The notes below the pieces were generated by a model. That model saw only the letters and a program-made list of their open reading frames with translations, searched no databases and was not told the DNA's origin. Shown piece after piece: positions 34,116-36,883 of a DNA stretch of 36,883 nt. Each line of letters begins with the position of its first letter. Within the stretch, counting starts at the first letter, position 1. The stretch is taken from the IMG/VR virus record IMGVR_UViG_3300025082_000028, positions 1 to 36,883 of that record, one strand, 5' to 3'. Origin of the DNA: a virus. Taxonomy: Duplodnaviria > Caudoviricetes. A program made the position numbers and the translations under genes.

Positions 34116-36883
34116 ATGGACATTTCTACAGGTAATTGGTTTGAGTATCTTCGAGAAGAAGTTTTAACCGAAGGGTTGAGGGACATTGGCCTCCCCGAAC
34201 GTATCGTCGACTTTATTGAGAACGCGATGCCGAACGCACCCGAGAAGTCAAAGACATACGCAGGCAACCGGTGGAAAGAGAACAGGCTAAACCCAGGCTA
34301 CGTCTCGCGCCCACAAGGTCACTGGGTGAAGTGGATGGAGGACAACTTTGAGGACGAGATACAGGTAAACACCGACCCAGCGCCGATCGGCGTGGACCGG
34401 GGCGAGATCGTCGCACGCACAATCACCCCCTATCGCGTCGAGGACCCCGACACCATCGGCAGCAAGCCACAGCAGCGCCAAGTATACGACGAAGAAACCA
34501 TCGAGCAAAACAAGAAGATTGTTTTCGTCGTGCAGAATGTAAAGGCTGCCATGGTCAAGCCCAATGGCACTTGGCGCAAGACATTCATGAAAGCACTCAA
34601 GTCACTAAGCAAATCGGGTGTTCCTTCTGAAAAGGTCGAGAAAGTAAAAGAATTCCTCCAAAACTTTATGATGAGCGAGTTCCGTCGCTTCTGGAACCGG
34701 TATGATCTGTTGTTTTCTTGGTTAAACGCGGAGCCCACCAACTACGAAATGATTAAGGGCGATAATATTGAGAATGCCCTTCAGACTGCAATAGACGACT
34801 TAAACAATCGAGAAGATCCAGAGATGGTCATCCATCAGTTTGATGATGGCTCCTACTGGTATAACCTCAACACATCTAACTGCTCCGTTGAAGGCGAGCG
34901 CATGGGACACTGTGGCAGCGACAGCCGCGGCGTCCTCGTCTCCCTCCGCAAGCGCCACCAGGGACGCAAAGCATCCTCATCTTATATCACAATGACATGG
35001 GAAGATGAAGGCTACGGCGGCAACTACTTGTATCAAATCAAGGGGCGCAGCAACGACGCACCCCCCGACGAAATGTGGGAACATATCGATTGGTTTATTA
35101 AGAACATGAAAATCACCGCAGTCCAAGAAAGCGGGGAGCACTCAAACGATTATGACGGCTTCCAAGAGATGAACAACTATCTCCAACGACAGAACCCCGA
35201 CGTCAGCTTTGAAGGTCAGGTCGACGAAGAGGCAATCCAACAAGCGATAGACGAGGTGGTAAACAATTACGAGGGCGAGAACTCATCCATTAGCGGCGAA
35301 GTGATGGGGCCCGACGATCACGGCGGCGATGCTGGTGTATATATGTACATGAACGCTTATTGTAGCATACAGATCGATCTGGGATGGAAAGGGTTTGAAA
35401 AGAGAAACAACGAATACACACCCACCCTTGGTCCCGATGATACCACCGCAGACGAGCGGTTCAGGACCATTCCCGAGAACACTTGGGGCTCTGAAGCTCG
35501 CGAGTTTTTAAGTGATACAGAGATAGAGAATATCGAATGGGATCTGCCCGGTGAGGGCGAGCTTGAGTGGGAAGTTAAAATGTTGACTGGGGTGGTCCCC
35601 GGCTGGGAACTTAGCGATCCAGATCCGCCCGCAACCGCCCATCTTGAGATTGAGATTCGTATGTCCGAACAGGAAGGTGTAGAGAACGATGACGACGCAA
35701 CACGCACCGCGCAATACTTTGCGGATGCGATCAAGGAGAACTTCGAAGATAACTACGCAGAGATCCACGAGAAGATACGCTCCAAGCTAGCAGAAGAAGG
35801 CTACGCCGCCAAGACCGCCTTTGATCGCGAGCAGGAAGGCATGTACGACATGGCGCTTGACCATTGGAAGATTTACAAAGACGGACCAAAGCTGGAGTTC
35901 TGGTTCAGGCGCAGCAAGCACCAAGACAATGCGGTGTTAAACTCTGGCGGAGGACTCGGCAGCATCCCAAATATGGTCAAGATGTGGGCATTTGATGAGG
36001 ACAGAGGTGGCCACATCGATGGACTATACAGCAAGATGTTTGGATCGCGCCCCGCTCCGGGTCGACCCGCCCGCATAGAGAACGATGATCTTAGCCGCAA
36101 CATGGCGAGAAACCTAGAGAAACTTTATCAAGACGAATGCGGAAAAGGCGAAGGAGAGCAGCAGGAACTTTGTTTTGGCGATGAATACTCAGCCAAGTTT
36201 GTGCCGCTAGCGCTCGCGAAAGACTCGCGCTTTATCATGATGCCCGAGACAACCACACAGCACGAACAATACCCCACCATGTTGCTCAACTGGAAGTATG
36301 AGATCGCGGTGAGCGCTAAATCTTCCCCAGAAGAAGTTGAAACCGTCAAAAAGATAGTGAAATACTTTAACGAACACCCTGATATGGTGGAGGAAGCAGC
36401 AGCAGAAACAATCCGTGTCCCGATGGAGTCAGCGAAAGCACTCGCAGACGCCACCAAAGCCGACGTTATGTCAGGCAAGTGGCCACAGCACGCTATTCAA
36501 TCTATTGACAGCCAGCACGGAGGGAGGGCTATGTCTGGCTCCGACGAACGGGCAGAACGTATAATAATGATTGCCCAATGGATCAAGGAAAACTTTGATC
36601 AGATGGATGAAGTTGAGAAATGGGTTGCGTGGTATAAGTATTTGTCGCCATTGAAAGAGGGGCGCTTTAATATGGCGCGTGAGGGAGGTGTCGAGTTGGA
36701 CGACGATGCCAATCTTGGTCGACCAGAGAATTGGAAGAAGCATGTCCAAGATCAGATGAGGAGGCTAGGCAGCTGGGGCGGCACTGTGAGGGATTATAGC
36801 GGCGTTCAACGCGGCGAACCACTCGCGGGTACACTCGGAGAGCCGCAGCCCGTAGAGGAGAGCGTAGAGCAGCAGATTGATAG
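34116..36883 (+). CDS. Very large protein (>920 aa, 3'-truncated, absent from the ORF track) with a PcfJ-like segment
   Basis: GGAG RBS; MDISTGNWFEYLREEVLTEGLRDIGLPE...; no stop noticed up to the window end (...ESVEQQID); contains EGERMGHCG...LVSLRK...LYQIKGRSNDAP. Confidence 0.8.
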   Translation, partial: MDISTGNWFEYLREEVLTEGLRDIGLPERIVDFIENAMPNAPEKSKTYAGNRWKENRLNPGYVSRPQGHWVKWMEDNFEDEIQVNTDPAPIGVDRGEIVARTITPYRVEDPDTIGSKPQQRQVYDEETIEQNKKIVFVVQNVKAAMVKPNGTWRKTFMKALKSLSKSGVPSEKVEKVKEFLQNFMMSEFRRFWNRYDLLFSWLNAEPTNYEMIKGDNIENALQTAIDDLNNREDPEMVIHQFDDGSYWYNLNTSNCSVEGERMGHCGSDSRGVLVSLRKRHQGRKASSSYITMTWEDEGYGGNYLYQIKGRSNDAPPDEMWEHIDWFIKNMKITAVQESGEHSNDYDGFQEMNNYLQRQNPDVSFEGQVDEEAIQQAIDEVVNNYEGENSSISGEVMGPDDHGGDAGVYMYMNAYCSIQIDLGWKGFEKRNNEYTPTLGPDDTTADERFRTIPENTWGSEAREFLSDTEIENIEWDLPGEGELEWEVKMLTGVVPGWELSDPDPPATAHLEIEIRMSEQEGVENDDDATRTAQYFADAIKENFEDNYAEIHEKIRSKLAEEGYAAKTAFDREQEGMYDMALDHWKIYKDGPKLEFWFRRSKHQDNAVLNSGGGLGSIPNMVKMWAFDEDRGGHIDGLYSKMFGSRPAPGRPARIENDDLSRNMARNLEKLYQDECGKGEGEQQELCFGDEYSAKFVPLALAKDSRFIMMPETTTQHEQYPTMLLNWKYEIAVSAKSSPEEVETVKKIVKYFNEHPDMVEEAAAETIRVPMESAKALADATKADVMSGKWPQHAIQSIDSQHGGRAMSGSDERAERIIMIAQWIKENFDQMDEVEKWVAWYKYLSPLKEGRFNMAREGGVELDDDANLGRPENWKKHVQDQMRRLGSWGGTVRDYSGVQRGEPLAGTLGEPQPVEESVEQQID

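Noticed and set aside
34213-36749. Apparent non-coding or minus-strand region in the ORF track
   Set aside because: Explained by one plus-strand ORF from 34116 that lacks a stop inside the window.
1-36883. CRISPR array, tRNA genes, IS elements
   Set aside because: Intergenic gaps are short (mostly under 80 nt), and I saw no spaced direct repeats, cloverleaf signatures or transposase motifs.

Overview
This window is a gene-dense segment of a large, probably lytic tailed-phage genome; every credible gene lies on the + strand, and many are translationally coupled. From left to right it holds: the end of a probable tail/baseplate gene; a replication/recombination block (a reduced family-A polymerase, a degenerate tubulin/FtsZ-like protein, a gp32-like SSB, RecA/UvsX, a deaminase, a 5'-3' exonuclease, a DnaB/gp41-like helicase, a class II RNR and DnaE); lysis and protease genes; nucleotide metabolism genes (dUTPase, IMPDH/GMPR, thioredoxin); an apparent type II restriction-modification pair plus a second methyltransferase; a phage-encoded proteostasis set (GroEL, GroES-like, two ClpP); small regulators; and a >920-aa ORF running off the right end. 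Two promoter classes are visible. One is near-consensus sigma70-type (C)TTGAC(A/T)-N16/17-TA(T/A)(A/T)NT, several copies embedded in coding sequence. The other is a putative late motif CTA(T/G)TTA. The most unusual observations are the coupled operon 'unknown 418 aa / thumb-less mini-PolA / tubulin-like protein lacking the GGGTG motif' alongside a full DnaE, and a recurring set of intact ORFs whose enzyme signature motifs have decayed. I saw no tRNA, rRNA, CRISPR array or IS element. All family calls come from recognising motifs by eye; no database searches were run.
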